From positions 532,297 to 596,296 of the forward strand of contig JAVYVS010000001.1 of NCBI GenBank assembly GCA_038727515.1: a stretch of 64,000 nt of DNA, given 5' to 3'. The translations under genes were made by a program, and so were the position numbers. Origin of the DNA: Candidatus Methanomethylicia archaeon (GTDB lineage Archaea > Thermoproteota > Methanomethylicia > Culexarchaeales > Culexarchaeaceae). Below, in pieces: positions 10,636 through 20,458 of this stretch; the stretch's first letter is position 1; the number at the start of each line of letters is the position of its first letter. Under the pieces are notes generated by a model that was not told the DNA's origin, ran no database searches, and saw only the letters and a program-made list of their open reading frames with translations.

Positions 10636-11388
10636 ATGGTGAGTTATTTGAGTAGATATGAAGATTTAAAGACTAGGTTAATGGTTATTGAAAGACTTAA
10701 ACTATTAAAGGAGAAATACTCATATAAACAATTGTCAAAATTTACAGGATTGCCAGAAGCAGTATTATGTAGGTATGTTAGAGGTTCAGTACTTCCAGGG
10801 GAAGAGACAGCCATAGAATTGTGGAATAAACTAGAGAAAATAGAGAGTTTAAGTTCTGTATTGGAAGATAGGTTGGAATATACATCAGATGGATTGTTAA
10901 ATTTAACGAAGATAATATATAACCCATATATATTGCAATTAGCAGCACAACATGTATCTATGAAATTCGCTGGTAAGAAAATAAGGAAGATTATTACAGC
11001 AGCTATAAATGGTATACCGCTGGCTACAGCTATATCCGTAAAATTAGAGAAAGATTTGATAGTAGCTAAAGAAGCTAAGGAAATTGGAATTAAAGAATTT
11101 ATTGAAGCATCATATCATTTAGGAGGAACATCAGAATTAAAAACACTATACATACCTAAGGGAAGCATAAAACGTGGAGATGAAGTACTAATTGTAGATG
11201 ATTTAGTAAGAACAGGTAGAACACTAAATACAATAATAAAACTTGTGGAGAAAAGTAGGGGGAGAGTGGAAGGAATATTTACATTAATAGCTATTGGAGA
11301 TAAATGGATGGAAAATATAAGAGTGAATTGCCAAATAGAAATTGGATTAAAAATTGATGAAGAAAAATTGATGAGAAAAATAAAGTAA
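10636..11388 (+). CDS. HTH-phosphoribosyltransferase fusion (archaeal PurR-like regulator/PRTase)
   Basis: N-terminal HTH (YSYKQLSKFTGLPEAVLCRYVRGSVLP) plus PRPP-binding loop VLIVDDLVRTGRT. Confidence 0.82.
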   Translation: MVSYLSRYEDLKTRLMVIERLKLLKEKYSYKQLSKFTGLPEAVLCRYVRGSVLPGEETAIELWNKLEKIESLSSVLEDRLEYTSDGLLNLTKIIYNPYILQLAAQHVSMKFAGKKIRKIITAAINGIPLATAISVKLEKDLIVAKEAKEIGIKEFIEASYHLGGTSELKTLYIPKGSIKRGDEVLIVDDLVRTGRTLNTIIKLVEKSRGRVEGIFTLIAIGDKWMENIRVNCQIEIGLKIDEEKLMRKIK

Positions 11389-11390
11389 AA

Positions 11391-12797
11391 CTATATATCT
11401 GAAATAAAACCTTTAACACAATCTTTAATAGACTTCAGCAACGGATTTTTAATATTTTTACTTGATTCAATAGATCCAAGCCTTAAAACTCTAAAATATG
11501 TTGGTGGATGAGGATTCCACCTCAACCAACTCCTAATTCTATAAGCTTTATAACGTTCAATAAACACTGATGGAAAAGCTATTTTAAGAAGAGCATTTAT
11601 AAGCGGATCACCAGAATCGAAAATCATATGGGAATCTAAATCAGCTCTAGCTTCGAAAAATTTAGCAACAAAGAAAAGTATTGTCAAAGCAAAAAAGAAG
11701 TATAATATGTCTAGTGGAAATATAACTAGTGAAAGTAGTATGTAAATCCGTGATATATACTCTATGTTGCTTAGAATGAATAGTGCCAATGGATCTCTCC
11801 TTATACAATGACTTAATTCATGCCCTAAGACAGCTTTTAATTCATCATCATTCAATTTATAAAGTAAACCAGAAGTTACAATTAACAATGCACTTCTAAT
11901 AATAGGACCAGAAACTCCAGCATTGGAAATAATGGTATTTGCTAAAACAATCTTTGGAGTTTTAACATTAAATTTTCCACAAACTTCTGAAACAATTTTA
12001 TATAGGGATACACGTTTAATCCTAATTTTATCATATCTACAATCGATACCAAAACTATTTAAGATAGATGAAACAATTTCGGGAGTGGGTATAACACCTA
12101 AATTAAAGGTTTCATTATATAATTTCTCCTTAATACTTAGGATATCACCCCAACGTTTAGAAGTTAATTCATTAAATAGAGATAAGGGGAAACTACAACT
12201 TATAATATATACATCTCCATGCTCCTTACTTATACTCCAATCACCCATAAATGACAGTATTTTTGGAGATAATATGAATAATAACGCTTGAAATGATGCT
12301 ATACCAATAGGTGCATAAACCCCCATAAAGAGGAAAAAGAATACTCCAATAATTAGAGACAAAGCAAATAATGAAGCTAAACTACCAGTAAAAATCCCAT
12401 AAAGTATCTTCTTAGATAAACTAAGAGTTCTCGTTGGAATAACAGGTAAACCCGGAACAAAAACTAGAATTAAAGTACCATCTCTAGCAACGGAATAAAA
12501 TTCACTAGTAAAATAGTAAATGTTCAAAGCTATATTCAATATATACTCATAGGGAAGTGAAGAATCATAGGATATCTCCAACCTAGGATATACATCACCA
12601 AAAAGTTTTGCTTCAACAATAGATTCACCATATTTAACTCTAAAAGTTAATTTATTTTCATCAACCCCTACATAATCTAATGTATACTTATACCATTCCT
12701 TAACCTTGGATTCAATAAAAGATAAATAACTAGAAAATTTCTCCATGGGTATTTCAAAACCAAGCTCAAAATTCTTAATCAAATTAAATCCAAACAA
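11391..12797 (-). CDS. M48/HtpX-like membrane zinc metalloprotease with N-terminal extension
   Basis: AVLGHELSH, FEARADL and HPPTYFRV motifs; TM segments. Confidence 0.82.
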   Translation of the reverse strand: MFGFNLIKNFELGFEIPMEKFSSYLSFIESKVKEWYKYTLDYVGVDENKLTFRVKYGESIVEAKLFGDVYPRLEISYDSSLPYEYILNIALNIYYFTSEFYSVARDGTLILVFVPGLPVIPTRTLSLSKKILYGIFTGSLASLFALSLIIGVFFFLFMGVYAPIGIASFQALLFILSPKILSFMGDWSISKEHGDVYIISCSFPLSLFNELTSKRWGDILSIKEKLYNETFNLGVIPTPEIVSSILNSFGIDCRYDKIRIKRVSLYKIVSEVCGKFNVKTPKIVLANTIISNAGVSGPIIRSALLIVTSGLLYKLNDDELKAVLGHELSHCIRRDPLALFILSNIEYISRIYILLSLVIFPLDILYFFFALTILFFVAKFFEARADLDSHMIFDSGDPLINALLKIAFPSVFIERYKAYRIRSWLRWNPHPPTYFRVLRLGSIESSKNIKNPLLKSIKDCVKGFISDI

Positions 12798-12859
12798 ATA
12801 TCAAATACTATTTAGAAATAAATATTTATCTCATGAAAAACAATTTATTTGGGGTTTAA

Positions 12860-13633
12860 ATGAATTTAAAAGTAGATTTAAATTGTGATTTAGGTGAAAG
12901 CTTCGGTAGATATAAACTTGGATTTGATGAAGAAATAATGCCACATATAACTTCAGCAAATATAGCATGCGGATTTCATGCAGGAGATCCAAATATCATG
13001 AGAAAAACTGTAAAATCAGCTATTAAAAATAATGTTGAAATAGGATCACATCCAGGATTACCAGACCTATTAGGATTTGGAAGGAGATGGATTGAAGTAG
13101 AAAGAGAAGATATTGTAAACTACATGTTATATCAAATGGGTGCTTTAGATGCATTCATAAAAGCTGAGGGAGGGAAGATGCTACATGTAAAACCACATGG
13201 TGCATTATATAATAAAGCTGCTGTAAGTGAAGAAGTATCGGAAGCAATAGTAGAGGCTATAGAGAAATATAATCCAGAACTAATACTTGTAGGACTTGCA
13301 AAATCTAAAATGATCGAAGTATCAGAGAAACATAAAATAAAATATGCCATAGAAGCATTTGCTGATAGAGCATATATGAGTGATGGATCTTTAGCTCCAA
13401 GAAGTATGAAAGGTTCTGTAATAACAAATGTAAATGAAATTATTGAAAGAGCTATAAATATGCTGAAATATGGAAAAGTAAAAACAATAGATGGTAAAGA
13501 AATAGAAATTGGAAAAGTTACTACAATATGCATACATGGTGATACCCCTGGAGCTGTAGAGATAGCTTCAAATCTAAAGAAAAGGTTGATTGAAAGTGGA
13601 ATAGAAGTAACTAAAATGGTAAATATTGTTTAA
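12860..13633 (+). CDS. pxpA: 5-oxoprolinase subunit A (LamB/YcsF family)
   Basis: DLNCDLGESFG, SANIACGFHAGDP, HVKPHGALYN, EAFADRAY, ICIHGDTP. Confidence 0.93.
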   Translation: MNLKVDLNCDLGESFGRYKLGFDEEIMPHITSANIACGFHAGDPNIMRKTVKSAIKNNVEIGSHPGLPDLLGFGRRWIEVEREDIVNYMLYQMGALDAFIKAEGGKMLHVKPHGALYNKAAVSEEVSEAIVEAIEKYNPELILVGLAKSKMIEVSEKHKIKYAIEAFADRAYMSDGSLAPRSMKGSVITNVNEIIERAINMLKYGKVKTIDGKEIEIGKVTTICIHGDTPGAVEIASNLKKRLIESGIEVTKMVNIV

Positions 13634-13635
13634 AG

Positions 13636-14343
13636 ATGGAGATAATAGAAGTAGAAGAAGTAGATTCCACACAGAATTTAGCTAGGAGATTACTTGAAAT
13701 AATAAGTGGAGATTTTATTGTAATAGCTAAAAAACAAACATCGGGATATGGAAGGAAGAAGAGTAAATGGTTTTCACCAGATGGAGGATTATGGTTTACA
13801 CTAGTAATTAGAAGGGAAGAGTTAAACTTGAATATTCTACCAATAATTGTATCAGTATCAATAGCTAAAGTCTTAGAAAAAAGCATTAATGTAGATGTAC
13901 AATTAAAATGGCCTAACGACATATATATGAAAAACAAAAAGATTGGAGGAATAATATGTGAAGCAATAATCATTGGTGAAAGAATAAATGCAATATTAAT
14001 TGGAGTTGGATTAAACGTTAACATTGATGAAATTCCAGAAGAAATTAAAGATAAAGCAACATCAATAAAAATTGAAACAGGAAAAACCTATGACAATAAT
14101 AAACTACTAAGGGAAATCGTAAATGAAATATATGGGAGTTTAAAGGTAGATATCAAAGAAATAATCAATTATTGGAGAAATAAGGATATAACCATTAATA
14201 AAAGGATAAGATCCACGTATAAGGGTAAAATCATTGAAGGTATAGTTTTAGATATTAATGATGATGGTTCATTGAAAATGTTAACTGATAATTACCAGAA
14301 CATATATCATTGGGAAATAGATAAAATAGAGATATTAAATTAA
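13636..14343 (+). CDS. birA: Biotin--protein ligase (class I, no HTH)
   Basis: DSTQ, QTSGYGRKKSKWFSP, LKWPNDI, KKIGGI, IGVGLNV. Confidence 0.9.
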   Translation: MEIIEVEEVDSTQNLARRLLEIISGDFIVIAKKQTSGYGRKKSKWFSPDGGLWFTLVIRREELNLNILPIIVSVSIAKVLEKSINVDVQLKWPNDIYMKNKKIGGIICEAIIIGERINAILIGVGLNVNIDEIPEEIKDKATSIKIETGKTYDNNKLLREIVNEIYGSLKVDIKEIINYWRNKDITINKRIRSTYKGKIIEGIVLDINDDGSLKMLTDNYQNIYHWEIDKIEILN

Positions 14344-14374
14344 TCTAAGCATATAATTTAAATTGGTGTAAAAC

Positions 14375-15634
14375 TTGGCTTCAAGTGAAATTGGATTTAA
14401 GACTCTAATTAAAGTTAATGATGCAATTGAAATGATAAAAAGGAAACTAAAACATAGATTAGTAGAATATGAAGAAGTAAGAATTTTAGAAGCATTAAAT
14501 AGGATATGCTATGAAAATGTGACATCTCCAATGGATATACCACCATTTGATAGAGCGGCAATGGATGGATATGCAGTAAAAGCAGAAGATACAATTAATG
14601 CATCTATAAAAAACCCAATACTACTAGAGGTTACAAACTGCATAGAACCAGGAAATATTAAAGATCTAGAGGTTAAAAGTGGTTGTGCCATAGAGATATC
14701 AACAGGATCTCCAATACCAAAAAATGCAGATGCAGTAATACCATATGAAGATACAAAGAGAATTGGAAAGTATATAGAGGTATATTCTCCAGTTCATCCA
14801 GGAAAGAACATATCATTTAAAGGAGAAGATATAAAGAAGGGGGATATTATCCTAGAGAAGGGGACTATAATAAGACCATGGGATATAGCTGTATTAGCTT
14901 CAACAAATATTAGTAAAGTGAAAGTTCTCAGAAAACCGAAGATAGGAATTCTATCCATTGGATCAGAAATAATTGAACCTGGAAGTCGATGGGAAGAAGG
15001 GAAAATATTCAATAGTACAGGAGTGATGTTAAGGGCGTTTGTAATGGAAGATTTAGGGGAACCAATAGATTTAGGAATAGTAGAGGATGAAGAAGATAAA
15101 ATATGTGAAAGAATAATGAATTCAATAGACAAATGTGATATTATAATAACGACTGGAGGAACAGCTATAGGTAAAACTGATAAAACGATAAACGCTATAA
15201 AGAGTATTGGTGGAGAAGTAATATTTCATGGAGTATCCATGAGACCTGGAAAACCAACAGCTATGGCAATATTAAATGGAAAACCAATAGTAATGTTATC
15301 AGGATTTCCAGTGGCTGCATTAACTGGATATCAAAATTTCGTAAGGAAGATTATAGAACAAATATGTGAAATAAAATTTCTACCACAACCAAAAATTAAA
15401 GCTAAGATAGCTAGAAGAATCGCATCTCAATTAGGCTCTAGAGAACATTTAAGGGTAAAAGTTGTTAAGAGGGGAGATGAATATATAGCAATACCATTAA
15501 GGTTAACAGGTTCAGGATTACTCTCATCAATAACGCAAGCAACAGGAATTATTGTAATACCAGAAGAACTTGAAGGTTTAGAAGAGGGAGAGGAAGTAGA
15601 AGTAACGTTGATTAGAGGGGTGAATGAAAATTAG
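14375..15634 (+). CDS. moeA: Molybdopterin molybdo/tungstotransferase MoeA (short form)
   Basis: PPFDRAAMDGYAV, ISTGSPIP, TTGGT, MRPGKP, LSGFPVA. Confidence 0.93.
   Translation: MASSEIGFKTLIKVNDAIEMIKRKLKHRLVEYEEVRILEALNRICYENVTSPMDIPPFDRAAMDGYAVKAEDTINASIKNPILLEVTNCIEPGNIKDLEVKSGCAIEISTGSPIPKNADAVIPYEDTKRIGKYIEVYSPVHPGKNISFKGEDIKKGDIILEKGTIIRPWDIAVLASTNISKVKVLRKPKIGILSIGSEIIEPGSRWEEGKIFNSTGVMLRAFVMEDLGEPIDLGIVEDEEDKICERIMNSIDKCDIIITTGGTAIGKTDKTINAIKSIGGEVIFHGVSMRPGKPTAMAILNGKPIVMLSGFPVAALTGYQNFVRKIIEQICEIKFLPQPKIKAKIARRIASQLGSREHLRVKVVKRGDEYIAIPLRLTGSGLLSSITQATGIIVIPEELEGLEEGEEVEVTLIRGVNEN
14538..14592. repeat. 55-bp exact repeat, copy 1 (in moeA1)
   Basis: taccaccatttgatagagcggcaatggatggatatgcagtaaaagcagaagatac is identical to 15784-15838. 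Confidence 0.9.
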
Positions 15635-17609
15635 AAAGATATTCCATAAACTGTTTTCAATAGATGAAGCTCTTAAATCAATTGAAGAAAACATTGAAAT
15701 AAAACCTATAGGAATAGAGGAAGTGGATTTAAAAGATGCTGTAGGGAGAATTTTAGCTGAAGATATAATTGCAGATATAGATTTACCACCATTTGATAGA
15801 GCGGCAATGGATGGATATGCAGTAAAAGCAGAAGATACTTATAAAGCAAATGAAGAAGAACCTGTAAAACTTAGGGTTATTGGAAAGATTGAATCTGGTG
15901 AAGAACCAATATTGGAATTAGAATCGGGACAAGCAATTGAGATATCTACAGGTGCACCAATACCATTTGGAGCTAATGCAGTGGTAATGGTGGAATATAC
16001 ACATAGAGAAAATGATCATGTAATGATTTATAAACCTGTAACTATAGGGGAGAATATTGTACAATCTGGCTCAGATTTAATGATTGGAGAAACAATACTT
16101 AGATCTGGAGAAAAGCTTACTAGAAGAGAAATAGGTGTATTAGCAGCACTTGGAATATCTAGAGTTAAAGTTTATAAGAAACCAAGAGTAGCAGTAATAT
16201 CCACCGGAAATGAACTTATAAAACCTGGAGAGAGAGTTCAACCATATAAAGTGTATGATGTTAATACATATAGTATATCAAGTGCTATTATAGAGAGTGG
16301 TGGAGAACCAATAATTATTGGAGTTGTAAGAGATTGTGAAAGAGATATTAAAAGTAAGATTGTAGAAGCATTGGAGAAATCAGATATTGTATTAATTTCT
16401 GGGGGGACTTCAGCTGGAGTTGGAGATTTAGTTTATAGAGTTTTAAATGATATAGGTAAACCTGGAATAATAGTACATGGGTTAAAGATTAAACCTGGAA
16501 AACCAACGGTAATAGCAATTGCAAATGGTAAATTAATTGTAGGATTACCTGGATGGCCTGTTTCAGCATTAATGATATATGGTTTAATAATTGAACCTAT
16601 CTTATCTAAAATGATTGGTATAGGGAAGATTAACCATAAAGAGATAAACGTAAAGATTGCTAGAAGAGTTAAATGTGAAAGAGGAAGGGATAATCTAATA
16701 CCAGTGAGCATAATAATTGACGATGAAGGTAAATTCATTGGATACCCATTGATGGAACATAGTGGAGCAATAGCTACCTTAAAAAGAGCCGATGGATACT
16801 TTATAGCGAAAGAAAATAGAGAATTTATAGAAGAAGGAGAGGAGGTTAAAGTTAAACTCTTCTCAGAAATGATTGATATACCAGATGCAACAATAATTGG
16901 AAGTCACTGTCCAGCATTAGAAGAAATTACTAAAATATTAGGGAAAATGGGATATAAGATAAAAACAATATCATCAGGATCCATGGATGGTTTAATTTCA
17001 ATAATAAATGGTGAAGCAGACATAGCTGGAATACATATATTAGATGAAAAAACCATGAAATACAATATTCCAATACTTGAAGAAATGAAATTAAAAAATG
17101 CAGTATTAGTAAAGGGGTATAGTAGAATACAAGGGCTAATAATTTCAAAGGGAAATGAAAAGAATATAAAGGGTTTTGAAGATCTATTGAGGAGTGATAT
17201 AAGGTTTATAAATAGGAATAAGGGTTCTGGGACAAGAATATTCATAGATTATATGTTAAAGAAAGTAGCTAAAGAAAGAGGTTTAGAATTTGAAGAAATT
17301 AAGAAGAAGATTAAAGGATATTATATTGAAGCAAAAACGCATTCATCCATAGCTTCAGCAATAAAACTTTCAAAGGCAGATGTAGGTGTAGGAATAAAAA
17401 CTGTAGCAGTAAGATATGATCTAGGATTTATACCATTAACAATAGAAGAGTACGACTTTATAATTAAAGAGAAAAGCCTGAATAAGAATGTTATAAAAGA
17501 TTTCATAAAAGTTTTAAAAAGTGAAGACTTTAAAAGAATATTGAAATCACTTGGCATGGAACCCTCAAAGAATACTGGAGAGATAATTTGGGGTGTAAAA
17601 AGTGAATGA
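15624..17609 (+). CDS. moeA: MoeA fused to a C-terminal periplasmic-binding-protein-like (PBP) domain
   Basis: MoeA motifs (PPFDRAAMDGYAV, SGGTSAG, KPGKP, LPGWPVS), then GSHC, GSMDGL, DIAGIH, FINRNKGSGTR, EEYDF. Confidence 0.92.
   Translation: MKIRKIFHKLFSIDEALKSIEENIEIKPIGIEEVDLKDAVGRILAEDIIADIDLPPFDRAAMDGYAVKAEDTYKANEEEPVKLRVIGKIESGEEPILELESGQAIEISTGAPIPFGANAVVMVEYTHRENDHVMIYKPVTIGENIVQSGSDLMIGETILRSGEKLTRREIGVLAALGISRVKVYKKPRVAVISTGNELIKPGERVQPYKVYDVNTYSISSAIIESGGEPIIIGVVRDCERDIKSKIVEALEKSDIVLISGGTSAGVGDLVYRVLNDIGKPGIIVHGLKIKPGKPTVIAIANGKLIVGLPGWPVSALMIYGLIIEPILSKMIGIGKINHKEINVKIARRVKCERGRDNLIPVSIIIDDEGKFIGYPLMEHSGAIATLKRADGYFIAKENREFIEEGEEVKVKLFSEMIDIPDATIIGSHCPALEEITKILGKMGYKIKTISSGSMDGLISIINGEADIAGIHILDEKTMKYNIPILEEMKLKNAVLVKGYSRIQGLIISKGNEKNIKGFEDLLRSDIRFINRNKGSGTRIFIDYMLKKVAKERGLEFEEIKKKIKGYYIEAKTHSSIASAIKLSKADVGVGIKTVAVRYDLGFIPLTIEEYDFIIKEKSLNKNVIKDFIKVLKSEDFKRILKSLGMEPSKNTGEIIWGVKSE
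15784..15838. repeat. 55-bp exact repeat, copy 2 (in moeA2)
   Basis: Identical to 14538-14592. Confidence 0.9.
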
Positions 17610-18273
17610 AATAAAAATAATCGCTATAACCGATGTCCATGGAAGATTAAATCAAACTTTAAAGATAGCTGAAATATCAAAGCATAAAGATGTAGATGCA
17701 ATAATAGTTTCAGGGGATTTATCAAGATATAAGTCTATTGAAGAAGCTAAAGAAGTGCTTGAAATCCTAAGATCTAGTGGAAGAAGAATTTTCTATATAC
17801 CGGGAAATATGGATGACCCAAAAATATGTAGTGAAATACTTATAGAAAATGTAGAGTGTGTACATGAAAAGAAAATTGGATTTAAGGGTTATACCATAAT
17901 TGGAGTTGGTGGAGCTTTAATTGGGCCTTTTAATACCCCATTTGAATTAAGTGAAGAACAGTTTCTAGAAATATTTGGAAAGTTATTGAACGAAAACTTA
18001 AAGAATAATGTAATACTCGTAACACACAATCCACCATATAATACAAATGCTGATAAAACAAGTTTCAACGAACATATTGGAAGCAAAAGTATAAGATTAA
18101 TCATAGAAAAAATGGAACCAATATTAAATGTTTGTGGACATGTGCATGAAGCTAGAAGTATAGATAAAATTGATGGAACAATAATAGTTAACCCAGGACC
18201 ATTAATGTATGGTTACTATGCGGAAATAATAGTTGGAGAAAATGTTGAAGCTAAACTACTTAAACTTCCCTAG
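17602..18273 (+). CDS. Calcineurin-like metallophosphoesterase
   Basis: TDVHG, SGDL, PGNMD, THNPP, CGHVHE, VNPG. Confidence 0.9.
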   Translation: MNEIKIIAITDVHGRLNQTLKIAEISKHKDVDAIIVSGDLSRYKSIEEAKEVLEILRSSGRRIFYIPGNMDDPKICSEILIENVECVHEKKIGFKGYTIIGVGGALIGPFNTPFELSEEQFLEIFGKLLNENLKNNVILVTHNPPYNTNADKTSFNEHIGSKSIRLIIEKMEPILNVCGHVHEARSIDKIDGTIIVNPGPLMYGYYAEIIVGENVEAKLLKLP

Positions 18274-19550
18274 AAAATTTCATGGGAAAATAAATCCACA
18301 TATGTTTCTCTTCTTCTAGCTAAATAGGTTTTGCCCTCATGGAAAATAACTATGGCAGCTCTAGGTCTACTATTATAATTACTTGACATGGAAAAACCAT
18401 AAGCACCAGTATTCATTATTGCTAATATATCCCCTGGATTAACCTTATTAAGTTTAACATTAAAACCAAATACATCTGAACTTTCACATATAGGACCAGC
18501 AACATTATATTCATATAGTTCTTCATTGGAAGATAAATTGAGTATTGGGTGAGTTGCTCCATAAAGTGCAGGTCTAATTAAATCGTTCATTCCAGCATCC
18601 ACTAAAACCCATTTAAATCCATAATCCTCTTTAACATAGTTAACCCTAGTTAAAAGTATACCGGAATTACCAACAATAAATCTTCCAGGTTCAAATATTA
18701 TAAGAGGATTATCAATAAAGAATTCATGTGGTGGATCAATTAATTTACGAATTACTTCACAATATTCATTTAGTGGAAATATTCTTTCATCTTTTGAATA
18801 TGGTATTCCAAATCCTCCACCAAGATCAATGATTTCCAATTTAATACCAAACATTTCATATAATCTACTACAGAAATTTAGAATTTCATTTACAGCTATT
18901 CTATAAGGTTCAATATCGAAGATTTGTGATCCTAGATGTATATGAATACCGGAAACATGAATATTATCTAGTTTTAAGGCAGTTTCATAAGCTTTAAAGG
19001 CATTGTAAATACTTAAACCGAATTTATGTATTCTAGCTCCAGTACCTATATGAGCATGAGTTTTAACTGGAATATCAAAATTCACTCTAACACCAATAGA
19101 AGTTTTAACATTCAATTCACTGGAAAACTTATTTATCCAATATAGTTCATCGATGTTCTCAATGTTTATCAATAAAATGCGTGAAGAAACAGCATCAAAG
19201 ATTTCATTTGGAGATTTAGATACACCATCAAAAACGATTTTATTTGATGGTACATTGACGAGTTTAGCTGCATAAAGTTCACCGCTAGAAACAACTTCAG
19301 CTCCTGCACCCAATTCATTCAAAAGTTTAAGTAATGCTAGACATGTATTAGCCTTATAAGCATAGCATATCAAATTCCTCTCCCAAATCTTATCTAAAGA
19401 ATTCTTTAAAGTAATGTAATTGTGTTTAACCATGTCAAGATCAATGAGGTATAATGGAGTTCCATACTCTTCAACTAAAGCTTTAAAATTTAAACCTCTA
19501 TCCTTTAAATTTTCAATATATCTTTGAAAAACAAAAGGATCATTATACAT
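18270..19550 (-). CDS. lysA: Diaminopimelate decarboxylase
   Basis: YGTPLY, YAYKAN (PLP Lys), THAHIGTG..HKFG, HIHLGSQI, DLGGGFG, EPGRFIV, GPICESSD, GAYGFSMSSNYNSRPR. Confidence 0.88.
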   Translation of the reverse strand: MYNDPFVFQRYIENLKDRGLNFKALVEEYGTPLYLIDLDMVKHNYITLKNSLDKIWERNLICYAYKANTCLALLKLLNELGAGAEVVSSGELYAAKLVNVPSNKIVFDGVSKSPNEIFDAVSSRILLINIENIDELYWINKFSSELNVKTSIGVRVNFDIPVKTHAHIGTGARIHKFGLSIYNAFKAYETALKLDNIHVSGIHIHLGSQIFDIEPYRIAVNEILNFCSRLYEMFGIKLEIIDLGGGFGIPYSKDERIFPLNEYCEVIRKLIDPPHEFFIDNPLIIFEPGRFIVGNSGILLTRVNYVKEDYGFKWVLVDAGMNDLIRPALYGATHPILNLSSNEELYEYNVAGPICESSDVFGFNVKLNKVNPGDILAIMNTGAYGFSMSSNYNSRPRAAIVIFHEGKTYLARRRETYVDLFSHEIF

Positions 19551-19557
19551 TGATGAT

Positions 19558-20397
19558 TCATCTCAACAATGTTGAAGCTAGATATATCATAACCCGTAAA
19601 ACTTTAAAACATTTTAAGTAATCATCTGAAACATATTCAACAGTTGTTGCATCAATCCTCTTAACATCAGGTATCATTGTAGCTAAATCAGCCATACCAG
19701 AATTCATAAAGGTTAAATTCAATTTTATGGGAGGTTTAAATTTAAATGGTGAAAACTTTGATAAGTTTTCCAGAGCACTTTTAGCAGCAGATTTTATTAA
19801 TTCACGAGCTTCACTTGGATGAATACATAAAGCAGAATATCTACCAAAAGCTTCCTTAACCTTAACAGTCATAACATTTCCAAGAAGACTTTTAGCTTCC
19901 TCCACAACAGTTGAATCTCCAGTAACTAAAACTACTGGGACATTATAGTATCCAGCTATACCAGCATTAATACCAACTTCACCAACACTTAAACCATTTA
20001 TCGAAATATTGCGAACTACAGAACCTGAAATTGTATGATCAAGGATTGCATTAATACTACCAAATTTAGCATGATAACCAATGAAGAATGCAGCATCAAA
20101 AGTTTCATTTATACCAGCCATCATTGATAAAACCTTTGGAGAACCAGTTATCAATTTAGCCTTTGGATGTAAATCCTCAATAATTATGTTTCTCATAGAA
20201 CCATGAGAATCATTAACTATAATTTCATCAGCACCACCAATAATTGCACCTTCAATAGCAGCATTAACTTCAGAAGTCATAAGTTTACATGCACGTTCAT
20301 ACTCTCTACTACCAGGATTTGTTTGATCGCTATGAACTACACCACAAATACCTTCCATATCTGCAGAAATGAAAACCTTAAATCCCAAAAAATTCAC
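19558..20397 (-). CDS. dppA: D-aminopeptidase, peptidase family M55 (DppA)
   Basis: FISADMEG, NDSHG, IGYHA, LDHT, GEVGIN, VTGD. Confidence 0.92.
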   Translation of the reverse strand: MNFLGFKVFISADMEGICGVVHSDQTNPGSREYERACKLMTSEVNAAIEGAIIGGADEIIVNDSHGSMRNIIIEDLHPKAKLITGSPKVLSMMAGINETFDAAFFIGYHAKFGSINAILDHTISGSVVRNISINGLSVGEVGINAGIAGYYNVPVVLVTGDSTVVEEAKSLLGNVMTVKVKEAFGRYSALCIHPSEARELIKSAAKSALENLSKFSPFKFKPPIKLNLTFMNSGMADLATMIPDVKRIDATTVEYVSDDYLKCFKVLRVMIYLASTLLR

Positions 20398-20458
20398 CAG
20401 TAAATAATATTAAAAAACAAAATTTAAAGGTGAAGATAAAGTTTAATGATATTAAAAA

